From Guillardia theta CCMP2712 (lineage: Eukaryota > Protista > Cryptophyta): DNA of 64,000 nt. Numbering within the stretch: position 1 is the stretch's first letter; each line of letters starts with the position of its first letter. The stretch covers positions 711,882 to 775,881 of the forward strand of contig NW_005434663.1 of the NCBI RefSeq assembly GCF_000315625.1, given 5' to 3'. Below, in pieces: positions 47,908 through 60,639 of this stretch. Below the pieces are notes generated by a model, which was given only the letters and a program-made list of their open reading frames with translations, did not search any database and was not told where the DNA came from. A program made the position numbers and the translations under genes.

Positions 47908-48442
47908 AGTGCTTGTGCCTGAACAAAAAAATGTCAAACTCGAGAGGAGAAGAATTTTGTGTCACTCTTTGGCTCAGACTGGCTTTGTCTGCATTTCTAA
48001 ATCTCAATATGTCGAGAAGAAAATATCATACTGTGATATAATTCCTGCACGCTCACGCACATACTTGACAGGAACAACGCCACAAATCTGAGTCTTCCTC
48101 CCTATACCCGCTTGTTTGTGACTCCCGTTTCGGTCTGAGTCAATATCTCCATGAAGAAGTGGACTCGCTCATTACACTAGCGCCCGTGACATTTATCTTG
48201 CTGATTGTTATCCTCTCTTTAGCCGACATTCGCCCTTCCTCTCTCTCCCTCCCTCCTCTCCTTCCGTCCCTCCCTCCTCTCCTCTCCCCCCTCTCTTCTC
48301 CCTCCTCTCCCTCCTCTCGCTCCCTCGCTCCCTCGCTCCCTCGCTCCCTCGCTCGCTCCTCTCGCTTCCTCGCTCCCTCCCTCTCACTCTCTCTCCCTGG
48401 CTCCCTGGCTCCTTGGCTCCCCCCCTGCCCCCGCCCCCCCCC

Positions 48443-48479
<37 letters not shown>

Positions 48480-48619
48480 ATCTCTCCCTCTCTGCTTCCT
48501 CCTCCTCCTATCACTCCTTCTCCTCCTATCACTCCTCCTCCTCCTCCTCCTGATCCTCCTCCTCCCTATGCGATTCACATGTCCCATCATCTTCCTAGAC
48601 AGGTATCGAATGCCTCCAC

Positions 48620-49210
48620 ACCCCGCATACGACCCCACCCCTCTTTCAACAGCACCCCCTGAACCTCCTACCCCATCTCACTACGACTCAGATACAAAAT
48701 GAGTCATACCAGTACCCCACCCTACCTGTCTACTTGAAAACTTCACGTAAAGGACCCCCTGCACAGACACATCTGTAATCCAGAAACTCAACGGTACAAA
48801 TAATAAAAGTGTAAGTTTTAGTGAAGCGACCGGGTACCCCAAAGAGGTACTTCATTACCCCTACCCTAGTCTCCAAGCAATTTTTGCTCTTAATTACACC
48901 AGTACTTGAGCACCCCACCCTCCCTGAAGGAGCAATTTCTCAAATCTTCCCAAAAATGTAACGGTCAATCAGTGATCCCTCTGACTCTCATACACCCACC
49001 CCTACCCCACAGGATTTCCCGCCATACACCCCACTGCAGAGTACCCCTCTTTCCCTCTCCCGTACCCCTCCTCCCCAACCTTCCTGCCAAACAGGGTGTC
49101 TCTCAGAACGCACCGTTCAACTGTGTACCCCTATCTCTCCCCCGCACTACCCCGTCAATGCGAGAATTTGTCCACCCCACTCCCCCTTCAAGGCCTCCCA
49201 CCCACCCCTC
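48620..49210. promoter_or_regulatory. ACCCC-rich island in the shared divergent promoter of the paralog pair
   Basis: Dense ACCCC/TACCC/GTACCC words, preceded by CT-rich and (CTAT)n repeats (48240-48560). Confidence 0.45.
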
Positions 49211-49262
49211 CCTCGTCCTTTCTTTCATCCGAACCTCCACAGTGCGACGAGCAGTCATCGCT

Positions 49263-50836
49263 ATGCAGAGCTTCACAGCCGCTTCCCTCCCTACGTCAGG
49301 CCCTCTCGTCTTCTCCATGCTCCCTCCCGACGCCATGTTAGGAGCTCCTTCTCTCCCCATCTCCTCTTCTGTCACCATCCCCAACCTTCAGACGACCTCC
49401 ACTTCCATCTCCATCCCCATCTCAGGTCCATCTACCGTCTCCGTTCCCATTCCGCAAGCAGCTGGCTCTATCTCTGTGCCGAATCAAGTTGGAATCGCAC
49501 TCACCCCCGTCTCTCTTCAGTATCCTGCCAGCCTCATGATGCCTGGCCCAGCTGTTGTGCAGCCAGTTCCTGAACAGATTGAGCCGCTCTGCCCGCAGGA
49601 AATCCCTGTAGATCATATCGGCTTCAAATTCGTGCTTACTAAGGACAGCGAGTTCCCCAAGACAGTGAGCAATGAGAACGGACTCGAGATCAAGCTAGAC
49701 GACTTCCAGATCAACAACAACCTTCGAACTGGTGAGTTCAGCGCAGCAATCGGTTCTGCCATTGCCATGATGTGCGAAACTACTGTTGAGAAGCTGAATC
49801 TGCACTATCTTGCTCCGGCTCCTGAAGTTCTGGACCCCAAGAAGGATTCACAAAGCATTTTGAACATCGTGCAGAAGGCATATCCAAGCATTCCGAGCGA
49901 AATAGTCAACGACGAGTATACTCCAGTTAATTATTACATTCTGTGCAATATTCTCAACACCGAGAAAGTCATCTCCGTTGAAGTCATTGCCAAGCTCAAC
50001 GACAAGACTCATATTGCTGTGAGTGTGTTGAAATGATTTGAATCGAGTTGTCCTGACGGATTCATGCAGTTTAAGAACATAAAGGATGAAAAGCTCTTCA
50101 GGCAGATTCAGGAAATCAAAGGACTGGAGACTCTCATCAAGATCTATCCTGCGGACTGCAATCATTTCCTTTGCTTAGAATCAAAGGTCAAGATGCAGCT
50201 AGCAAGCAACGCGTCCAACGTCACAGCATACCTTAGGAGCAAGGTATGATATGTCTGTCCTGGAGATGATGTGTTCAAGTCTGACAACTTGCTACCCAGC
50301 TGGAAGATTGCCAAGTAAAGTACGCAAAGTGTGAGGCTGCATACGTCGACACTCGCAACAAATATCTCAAGGAGGAGCAAGCTTGGACTTCGAACACGAA
50401 AGAGGAAGGCAATGCAGGGGATGGAAAGCAGGAAGAGAGCTCGGAGCTGATGATCCCAAGTCTACTCGCCAAATATGAGACAGCCTTCAAGACAGAGGAG
50501 GCGAACCTCAGGAATGTGATGTCAGCTTTGATCATGTCACAGGGCCTCCATGAATCTTTGAGCGTCAAGGCAGACAAGGCAAGGGCAGTCAGCGGACTCA
50601 ACTGCCCGAACTTCCTCGTCAAGATCTTTTCGTGCGGGAACGGGTGTGGCTTCACAGGAGCGCTGGAGGACGTCGATATCCATGAGGGGACTTGCCCTCT
50701 CAAGTTCACTTGCACCGTCTGCGGCACGCGCGGGTCGTCTCAGAGCGTCAGGACATGCGAGCAGACGCACGCCATGCAAGGGATGACGCTTCAATGGCAG
50801 CCGGCGCAAGTGCAGGCATCCGGCGGCGGAGTTTGA
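49263..50836 (+). CDS. Orphan Cys/His coiled-coil protein B with C-terminal TRAF/SIAH-like zinc fingers (3 exons)
   Basis: P/S/T/V-rich head, PLCPQEIP.DH...DSEFPKT, DCNHFLCLESKVKMQLA, coiled coil, then NCPNFLVKIFSCGNGCGFTGALEDVDIHEGTCPLKFTCTVCGTRGSSQSVRTCEQTH. Confidence 0.8.
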
Positions 50837-52595
50837 TCAGGACTGTCAGGTGTCATGGCCGGCACTGAGACAAAAGTTATATCCAGTGTAGTGCATATTC
50901 GGTGGAATCATGTAAGATTATTATGGCAACTTCAATCAACGACTGTTCCGAGTTTGTTCGCCACTGTGCTCACCGTTCAACAGTCACTGCAAACTTGACT
51001 CAAAATGGCTGCTGCCCGACCCAAAGGCTCCATGATCTAGACCCTCCAGTCTAACGGTCCTGGCACTAGCGAGGCTGGGCCGCTCTGAGGCCGGGCTGAA
51101 CTTCGGAAAGTTGAACTTATGGAAGTTATACTCCACTGAGCCTTTATAAGTTAAAAATCAGTACGAGGACAATCAGGAGAGTCGAGGAGGCTTGCCCCTG
51201 ACATTCCAACCCAGACTCCGAGGCTGTAGGGACTCGCAGTGGCAACAGTCACCGTCCGGCCGCCGCGGCCGGGGCCGGCCTGTTGCCAACTTCGTTTCCG
51301 AAGTTCCGAGTCCCGCCGGAGTAATAATAACTAAACCTTTTGTCCCCCGGAAGTACCCGACTCTCTGAGAGGTATTTGGCACCACCCCTCCAGACTTATT
51401 GGCCTCGGGAACCCCGTAGAGAATCACCCCTACCCCTTTGGATATCCGTGACCCCACCTCCAAGATGACTTGAAAAAAATTGTAGGATAATAGGTCTTTC
51501 CTACAAATCCCTATGACCAGAAGTACGTAGGACCAGGAAAGAAGACTCGAACCTCGTTGTCTGTACTACCCGTGGCTAAAGATTTTCATCCTCTTGCACT
51601 TTTACCGGTAGTCGTGAGCATCTTAATGGAATCTATCCTTCATACATCATAAATTTCTTAAGTGAAGTACTAAGATAAATGGAAGATGGTGGAAGATAGT
51701 GATATCCAGTAGGCAGGGGTATAACAATGTTTGTGCACCGGAAGGTAAATCAGGGGGTAGGGTACCTCTAAAAAATTGACAATGTGCGTTCCGTTTGTGC
51801 AAATTCCTACGGAGAGGAGGAATAGGGAAGAGGGGCGTAGGGGATAGAAGAGGAGGAGAGGAGAGGAGACGAGAGAGAGAGAGAGATTCATGCCAGCATA
51901 GTGTAGACCTCTGAATGTGAAAGGAAAATTCGGAGAGAGAAAGGAGAAAGGAGAAAGTGGGACGTAAGAGAAGAGGGAGAGGGGAGAGAGGAGAGGGGAG
52001 GGGGATGGGGGGAAGAGGGAAGAGGGAAGGGGAGAGTGAAGACTGGAGAGGAGGGATGAAACGGGAGATACTGGGGTAGAGAGAGCATGGGATGGTAGAT
52101 GAGAGCAGTGAGAACATTAGGCAGGAAGAATGGAGTTTCGGGCAACAGAGCGGATTCCAAGATGAAACACGGTATAATCAAAGTCAGAGAGGAGAATCGT
52201 CGAGTAGAACATGGATAGAAAGCTTGTGAATTATTGCAAGCTAAGACTTGAGTAAGGAGAATATTTCATCTGCTCTGGGCCAATGGGAAAAAGTGATCAG
52301 CGAATGTCAAACGAGTTGATGAGGTGGCGCGGCCGCTTCAGTGAGAAGGATTGTCACAACGAAGGGTAAATGCTTGATTTGTAGTGGTTGTTTGTGCAGA
52401 CTTTGGAATTGTAGCATTATTCCTTTCAGACTTGTAGCAACATAACAATGGAAAATATTGACAGTATCTGAGAGTTGAAAATCCTTGGCATTTTGATCGT
52501 AGATTGCTCTGCTAGGATTGTGTTGAATCAATGACTTGTTGTTTCAGTAAGAGTACTCTGCTGCCCAAGACAAGTTTACAACACCTATCTTCGAA

Positions 52596-53671
52596 ATGCC
52601 TCCCCAGTTCTCGCGCCTGACGTCAGATGGAAGTGCAGCAATGGTTCGCAGGACCTCCTCCGTGGGCCAGAATTGCGACATGTACACGATAAGATTGCAG
52701 ATCAATCAGGCATTTCAAGAAGCGGACAAAGATGGTTCAGGGCATCTGAGCAAGCAGGAGCTGCTCAAAGTGTTGGACACCCTCAACATCACCCTTCAGA
52801 ACCCCGTCGATGACATGGACGTGATCTTCGGTGCGAACGGGCGGCTGCGCGTTCTGAAGACTCACTTCAGGACGCTGATGCCTCGTTGCTGACACCAGGT
52901 CTGGCAGATACCCTGGACGCCAACCACAGCGGTCACATCGACCTTGACGAATGGGGCGCATGTTTTGAGCCTGCTGTAAGCCTTTCTCTTGCTTGTCTTG
53001 GACCCCCACCCACTTCGCCTTTCAACCCTCCCCCCCCCCTCCTCCTCCCCGCCTCCTCCTCCTCCTCCCTCTCCTGCCTCCGTGCAACCAAGAGCCTTTT
53101 GGTGATGATGTTGTTTGCAGATCAAACGGTTTGCGGTCTCCCCGGACACGAAGATGGACATGGAGGATCTGATGAAAGTCACGTTTGCGGGGATCTTGGA
53201 GGATGCCAAGAAGGAGAGGAGCCTGGTGATCGAGGCATTCATGAAGGCATACGAGAAAGTCAAGGACGGATTTGGAACCAGATTCCTTGGCTCTAAGGTA
53301 AGGGAGATAGTTCACTCGAGGCCGGTGGGTGTTGCTGAGTGGGATTCACGCAGTGGCGCTTCAAGATCTACGACGCCTTCTACGGAGCAATAGAGGACGA
53401 CAAAGTCTACGTCCCCTTGCGCTATGAGTACCTCAAAAAGAAGCTCAAGGAGGCCTCCCTGGACCAGGAGCCCTGGATCAAGAACGTCCTTGCCGGGAGC
53501 GTGAAGGCAAAGGATGACACGAAGGAAGCATTCGAACGCTTGAAGAGCTTGCAGGACGTCAAGAAGGAGCTAAGGGACCCCAAGGTCGTGATGGAATTCT
53601 GCGCAGCCTGGCTAGAGCTTCTCACTGAGCAGGAGCTGAAGAAGGCTGCAGCCGAGGGAGCGGACAAGTAG
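52596..53671 (+). CDS. EF-hand calcium-binding protein with helical C-terminal domain
   Basis: Two canonical EF loops, DKDGSGHLSKQE and DANHSGHIDLDE; exons joined by GT-AG introns; stop TAG 53669-53671. Confidence 0.85.
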
Positions 53672-53790
53672 CGCTGTCGCCAAGGGCACTGGCATGGCGA
53701 GCCCCGAAGCACTGCTGGTGGTGACGTGGCAACGACCGTTGGTGGAAGGGAATTAATTTTCTAGCGTGAAAGTGAAACGGCCTAACTTCA

Positions 53791-56374
53791 TCAGCGCATC
53801 TTGAACCACTTCGGTTTCCCTGAGACCCTTTCAGCTCGTTTCTCAGCAGCACGCAGCGCAGCTGGGCAGGTCTGTCAGCAAGTCTCCAGCTAGTGGAAGG
53901 GCAGCGCAAACCTGCTCTCTGATCGTCTTCCACCCTCGGAGGTTCCGGGGCTTGCTGGTCTCCTCCCGAGGCCTCGCCCTTGGATGCTTCTGCGTCCATC
54001 TCTGCCGATGCGCCTGCCTGACTCGCCGCCGTCAGAACCGTCCTAACGTGAATACAGCTCCTACCTCAGCCTCCCCTCCTCCTTCCACGTCCATCCTCGC
54101 CTTCTTGCTCTGCTCCTGCTGCAAATTTTCAGCTTGCTGACACGGCAAAAAGCTCATTTGCGACACCTCAAACTCTTCGATCCTTGACATGTAGGAGAAG
54201 GACAAGTAGGAGCAGTCTAGACCAGCAGCTCGTGACGACGAGGAAAGGGCCGAGGCAGGCTCACCAGGCTCTGACTTGGACTCGTTCCATGCAAACAGAA
54301 TCCTCGCAGCCGGGAGCAGCTGGGAGTATTTGAGCTGGGTGGAAGAGGAGTCTTCTATCCTCTTGGGGGGAGGCGTCATGAACAAGTAGAATGCCCTGTT
54401 CGAATGGTGAGGACGAGGAAGAGGCAGGAACCGCAAAGACAACCTCTCTTTCTGTACAAGTGCCTGGCGAACGAAGTTGTAGATGTCAGAGAACGTCTCT
54501 TGTGACGAAAATTTGCCCTGCCAGAACGTCAGCACTCGCCATCGAAATAGGCCTGAAGAATGCGGCCTGACCTGAAGCCAAGTTCTGTCCGGGAAGACAA
54601 CTCGGATGACGACAGTCTGATAGGCAGACAGCTTCTGCTCTCGCTCCTCTTCTCTCATTTTCCTTGTCTTGAAACTGAGAGCATTGACACGTCAAGACGG
54701 CAACTACATCATAATCTCCTCATTGACCCGCTCTTTTGTTCCTTCGCCTTCTTCGAGGCTTCCAACGAGTGCAGGTCTTCCGACTACAGGCAGCCATATC
54801 TCAGCTCAAGGAAGATAGAGCGATTGGAGGAGAGAAGGAAAAACCGGGGAATGGCAAGGAAGATGAGGAAAAGGATGGAGAATCGAAGTATTTGACTGAC
54901 CGTCAACTCGAAGATCGAATCGTCAAGTTGCAGCAAGACAGCACGAGAGTCTCCCTCCCTCTCCCTTCCCACCGTCCACGTTCTCCCTTCCCTCTTCTCC
55001 TCGGGCTTTTCCGCCATTCTGCTTTCCTCCGATACCGGTTGTTTCACCGCTGCCCCGCCCTGTTCCTCGCTCGCCGCTTGTCCTCCAGGGACTTCTGCTG
55101 GCTCAGGGACGGCAGAGCTTGCCACGTCATCCATCTTCTCGTCGGGCTGGCTGGGGTTCTGCTGGGCAGCATCCGGCTGCTCCGGCTTTTGCTCCCCTCC
55201 TGCCGCCGCCTCGTTCTTCTTGAGCCGGTACTTGAGCAAGGCTCCTCCGGAGACGAGGCCGATGCTGAGGAGCGAGCTGCTCCGGAGCTGCTCTCCTTCC
55301 AGCGTCTTGTTCATGACCGTCACGCAAGGCAACTGCAGGGAGCTAGTCAGCGCTGGGCACGCCGGCATGCGCGTAAAGGAAATGACAACCTCCTGCAGCA
55401 TGTTGACCCCAGTCACCAGCCTTGCCCCACACACGTCCTCCAAGTTCTGCAGCACGTCGAAGAGCAGTGTGCTGCAGTGGCACTCCTTCTGATACCTCTT
55501 GCCGTCCTCCAGCTGCAGGGTGACAGACACGACTCGAGCTGCACGAGAAACGCGGGGGCGTCATGGCAGGTTGTCATTTGAAGGTAACGTCATTGAAGGA
55601 AACCTTTCTGCTCTTGCTCTGTCAGGGGCTGTAGGTCTAGAGAGGCCCCGTTGGGAAGGTTCGCCAGTCGCAGCGGGAGCGCCAGGTCGAGCTCCCTGTC
55701 GAGTGTTAGAGAGAGCAGCGGGCATGAAAGTGAAGAGAGGCAAGGTGCCGTGGGAGGAGGAGGGAGAGGAATAGGTGAAAACGGAAGAGGAAGGAGAAGT
55801 GAAGGGGGAGCGGTGGGGTTTGGGGGGGGGAGGGGGCGGAAGGGAAAGGGCCGGGGGGGGGGGGGGGATAAAAGGGGGATTCAAACCTCAAAAAAAATGC
55901 AAAGAATAAAATTCAACACCGAAAGGCTGCCGTCAAGTCGAAGATCTCCAAGACTCCCCCGTCTCCCAGATTTTAGCACAGTCAGTAAACGCACAGTGTG
56001 TCTTGTTGGCATACCAAAATGAGTTTTCCGGATTCGAACCCGNNNNNNNNNNNNNNNNNNNNNNNNNNNNNNNNNNNNNNNNNNNNNNNNNNNNNNNNNN
56101 NNNNNNNNNNNNNNNNNNNNNNNNNNNNNNNNNNNNNNNNNNTGGCCGGGGGGGGTGAAGGCGGAGGGGAGGGCGGAGGGGAGATGGGGGATGGGAGAGA
56201 GGATCGGTCAAAACTAGACCCTGATAATACGCACTTCTTCTTATGCCGCAAGCAGTGAGATGAAGGATCTTGTTTGAACTCTTCGCATGCCTTAACAAGG
56301 ACCTCGACGAGCTGTGTAGCGGGTGTTGCAGGGATCGCTTTCTTCTTCAGGTTGAACTCCACGTTGACAGGCAT
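53791..56374 (-). CDS. ASPSCR1: TUG/ASPSCR1 (UBXD9, PUX1-like) UBX-domain p97 adaptor
   Basis: TUG-UBL1 (IPATPATQLVEVLVKACEEFK...ELDLALPLRLANLPNGASLDL), second UBL (VTLQLEDGKR...LLSIGLVSGGALLKY), LDDSIFELT, UBX (YQTVVIRVVFPDRTWLQGKFSSQET...FYLFMTPP...LLPAARILF), C-terminal KPKWFKMR*. Confidence 0.9.
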
Positions 56375-56874
56375 GTCCTCCTGCGTTCAGTCAGACAGTC
56401 CAGCATGTCACCCCTGCTAGTTCAAGGGGCGTGATCCCATTCATCTTCCCGTATCTCTGAAGCGATCTCTTCCTACATTCTTCTTGGCGTGCTTCTTCAG
56501 CACACTTCCTATCTCTTCACTGGGACTGACTGATCTTTCTTGTCACATGTCTTCATCTCGCTCCTCACCCTCCTCTCCTGCGTTCACCACTACTATCCTC
56601 TTCACTCCTCCTCTCTCCTCCAGCCTCTTCCTGCGCTGCCTCTCTTCCTTGCTTGCTTCTCTTCTGTGCCCCCAGTTTCTCTCTCAGCATGCCACAGGCT
56701 GTCCAAATCATCTGTGTTCGCCTCAAGAAGTTTCTCATAGCAAATACAAGGGCAGCAAACATGATTTAGAACATTCGTACAAGGTGGAAGAAGACAGCAG
56801 CGAAGCGACCCTTGTTCCGAGTCCCCTTTTTCATTCCCCCCATTCCTCCTCCCCTCTCTTCCCCTCCTCAGCCC

Positions 56875-57260
56875 TCGCTCTCCCTGCTCTCCTTGCTCTC
56901 CTCGCTCTCCTCGCTCTCCTCGCTCTTCTCGCTCTCCTCGCTCTTCTCGCTCTCTTCGCTCTCCTCGCTCTCCTCGCTCTCCTCGCTCTGCTCGCTCTCC
57001 TCGCTCTCCTCGCTCTCCTCGCTCTCCTCGCTCTCCTCGCTCTCCTCGCTCTCCTCGCTCTCCTCTCTCTCTCCTCGCTCTCCTCGCTCTCCTCGCTCTC
57101 CTCGCTCTCCTCGCTCTCCTCGCTCTCCTCGCTCTCCTCGCTCTTCTCGCTCTCCTCGCTCTCCTCGCTCTCCTCGCTCTCCTCGCTCTCCTCGCTCTCC
57201 TCGCTCTCCTCGCTCTCCTCTCTCTCTTCTCTCTCTCCTCGCTCTCCTCGCTCTCCTCGC
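56875..57260 (+). repeat. 9-bp tandem repeat (CTCCTCGCT)n
   Basis: ~40 near-perfect copies, giving spurious LAL/SLS/RAR ORFs. Confidence 0.95.
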
Positions 57261-57393
57261 TCCTCTTCTTCTGGCTCATCCTCGCTCCTCGCCCTTCTCC
57301 TCTCGTCTCTCGTCTCAACTGGTCTGTTCTTCCTCCTCGTCTCCTCTTCCTCCTGTGTCGAATACATGATCGCATTCTAGGTTCCACGAAAGG

Positions 57394-60300
57394 ATGTCGT
57401 ACGAGGACATTGAATTCCCTCCTGCTCAACGTTCGATAGGCCCAGAGGGCTTCTGCGAGAAAGAGGTCGCCTGGTCAAGGCCACCAGCAGCATGCTCACT
57501 ATTCGGAGCGAAAATATCCCCGGACGACGTGCTGGAGGGCGAGCTTGACGACTGTTACCTGGTAACGACCATCCCTTGGTGTACGCAATCCTCAAGGTCA
57601 AGCAGGTCAGCGCACTGACTCTCCTCGCAACTCGTCCGCCCCTGGTCCATCGGCTTGTTCGGAAGGAGGGGGATCAGCCTGGGAAGTATCACGTGAGGAT
57701 CTGGCAGCAAGGGGTCAGCGTCGAGGTCACCGTGGACGATCGAGTCCCCTGCATCAAGTCGTCTCGACGTCCCATCTTCTCGCACTGCAGGAGTGAAGGT
57801 CCTGCGATTTGCTTTGGCCCTGCCTCTTCCTCACACGATCCTTTGCGCTCACCCTCCAGACGCCTGCTGGGTGCAGATCGTGGAAAAGGCGTTTGCGAAG
57901 ACCTTTGGAAGCTACAGCGCACTAGGAGGGGGGAACACGGCCGAGGCTCTGCATGACCTTACGGGAAGGTAGGAGCAAGCGCCAGATGAGGAGGAAGGTT
58001 GACGGTACATGGCAGGCCTGTGTTCGATTACAACATGGACGCTCCTGATGTTAAGGTGAAGGGATGGAGGAGAGAGGGGGGGGATGAGACTGTGCGCGAA
58101 CAGGAGGACATTACGAGCGGCTCGCTATGGGCTCAACTGATAGAGCACTTGGAGGAGAGGGGGCTAGTGGCTTGCGCGTACTTCAAGAAGGGCAGGCGTC
58201 AACCGCCGGAGGAGCGGCATGGCCTCATACAGAACCATGCATACTGGTTGTGATGCCCCTGCATGTTGTCGTGTGATGCTGACACGTGCTGGAAGTGTGC
58301 TGGGCGCCAGGGAGTTTCAGGTTGAGACAAACTTGACTACTCGTTCCCTCGTTGAGACTCCAGCAAGACGACCAAAGGAACATCGCTGAAGGCGGTGGAG
58401 CTGCGAAATCCTTGGGGGGGCGAGAAGAACTGGGACGGAAATTTGTCGCCCGGCTCCGGCATGTGGAGACAGGAAGCCGAGAAACATTGCCGGGCTGAAG
58501 CAAACTGACACGCTCCTTGTTGACTTGCAGATCAAACAAACAGGGTCGGTGGAACTCGGGGCGAACAAGGGAGATGGTTGTTTCTGGATGCCATGGTTAG
58601 TGATGGTGAGTCTTACGTGGAATCTGCCTCAAAGTTCCACCAGGGAAGAGTTCATCAAATTCTTCAATCGACTGCATGTTTGTTGGGTGGGGGAAGGTGA
58701 CGAAGAAGCGGTCGGAACACCAATCTTTGCAGAGCACATGCACGTCCCCGCTGAGAGATCAGGTGCTTGAGGCCACAGCAGCTTGTGAAGCAGCTGAGCT
58801 GAAGATGCAGGTGGATGTACCAAGTACCCAACCTTCCGGCACAACGATGCTTTCTGCCTCACCCGGGAGGCAGTCGGAGGAGGGGCCAAGAGTGCTCGCA
58901 TCGCCATCACCATCGCACAGAAGGACAGAAGGAAGGAGCACAAGTCCAACGCCTGCGGTCAAGCTCTCTCCTACGCGCAGGTCCGTGTGACGAGGCAGCA
59001 CCACTGCACGTTGACGCGAATGATCAAGATCGGGATGACGATAGTGATCCCTCAAACTCCCAAGACTGGGGAGAGCCCGTTAGTTCTCCTGCCGAGCATG
59101 CACTCGGTGGATGGAAGGAGGTGAGAAGGGATGGCGTGCGGTTGCTGCTTTCTCACAGCTGATCCTCAGCCGCTTCTGGAACAAACGAGAAGTTTCAAGA
59201 ATGATCAATATGGTCGTCACGATCTCTCAAGTCAAGACAAGGGCGCTGAGTGGAGTCGTGAGCAGGTGCCAGGGCAGGAACTTGTCATAGTGCCGTCGAC
59301 TTGGAAGAGTGGAGAGGGTTGGGAGTACTCTCTTCTCGTTCATGTGGAAGGAGGAGCAGGAGGAGAAGGGGCAAGTTCAAGTTCAGAATTCAAGTTGATA
59401 CCACAAAGGTCGAGGTCGTCGCTCCAATCTTCGTCGAAGCAGGTCAGCAGACGCTCTCTACCTCCTCCTCTTCTCCTCGTGGCCATGGACCCTTCTCCGC
59501 TCTCCTGCTGACCGCCCCTTGTGTTGGCAGGGAACATGGAAGGCGAACGCAGGCGGAGGGGTGGCGTCGACTTCTTTCACCAAGAACCCGCAGTTCTTGG
59601 TGACCTTTTCACCCCCCGCAAGCTCCAGCGCCGGTGCGAATCATCAGAGATGCTTCGCCGTCCTCACCCAGCACGTGAATGACGGGTGAGGATGCATGAC
59701 CCCTAGGAGCTCCACTCTCAGACAGTTGACGGCCCTTGGTGGGTACCAGGGAGAAGCCGCAGCCAGTTGCCATCTATGCCTTGAACACCCGGGGCCGGAG
59801 GATCGAGGGAAGCGTTCCTTCCAAGTCCATCTTCCAGCGGTCTGCGACCTTCACCAACTTGCAGGAAGCGTCGAGAGCTCTCCTGCGCTCATCCTCCTGA
59901 CACCTGCCGCAGGTCATCTCCAGGCTCATCCAACCCCCCGACGACGGGACCCCTCTGCTCATCGTCCCGTGCATGATGAAGCCTGCCGCCAAGGACACCT
60001 CCTTCGTGCTCGAGGTGGTTGCAGAGGAAGGGTCAGTTCAGCTCGAGGCTGTCAACAAAGACACGCCCGTCCTCCGGGAAGAGCCCAAGGTCGCTGTGTG
60101 CCTGGATTACAGCCCTTTCACATCGCACAATGCAGCCTGCTCCCACGAAGACCAGCAAGGAGACATCACGAGGAACTTCATCGAGCGTGAAGTATAGGTA
60201 CGCGTGTACGTGCGATGCCTCCCTGCAGCTCACTCGAACCTCCCTCAGCAAGCAACCTGCCCATAAAGAGATTCCGATGAGGAGCTTTCACGCGGCGAGG

Positions 60301-60396
60301 TACCAAGACGCCAATGTAGTGACAGTGAGTGACCATCGTTTGTCAACCCGCAGCAAGAAGATGGAGAGCATGGCCCAGGCATTCAAGGACTTGTGA
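57394..60396 (+). CDS. Calpain-family cysteine protease (CysPc plus tandem C2L/domain III); additional 5' exons possible
   Basis: [24 protein letters not shown] (catalytic Cys), [31 protein letters not shown] (His), LRNPWG (Asn), DGCFWM..EEF. Two domain-III starts, [14 protein letters not shown] and [10 protein letters not shown]...FTKNPQF. Stop TGA 60394-60396. Confidence 0.88.
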
Positions 60397-60639
60397 TTGA
60401 AAGTGACGATCCGAATGGAACTGCGAGTCGCCATGGTTGCTGCATCGCAATCCAAAACAACCCTCTCGTGTCTTCGACTCTCCCTCTTTCAATTAGTCCC
60501 CGCTCATGCCATTTACATCGTGTTTCGGCTGTCATGCTGCTTCAATCGGCATCGTTCTCCTGCACTGAATCGGTTCGTCGCGCTCTTCCTAGTTTTCGTT
60601 CAGCCTTGCCCATTGAGAGTTTGCTGTTGGTCTTGAACT

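Noticed and set aside
56020-56042. GGTTCGAATCC (minus strand), a tRNA T-loop/B-box match
   Set aside because: The T-stem has a mismatch and the rest would lie in the N gap; no cloverleaf can be supported.
56484-57429. Long LAL/SLS/RAR/ESE repeat ORFs and other poly-L, poly-P, poly-M, poly-N ORFs
   Set aside because: Translations of microsatellites lying in introns or intergenic DNA.
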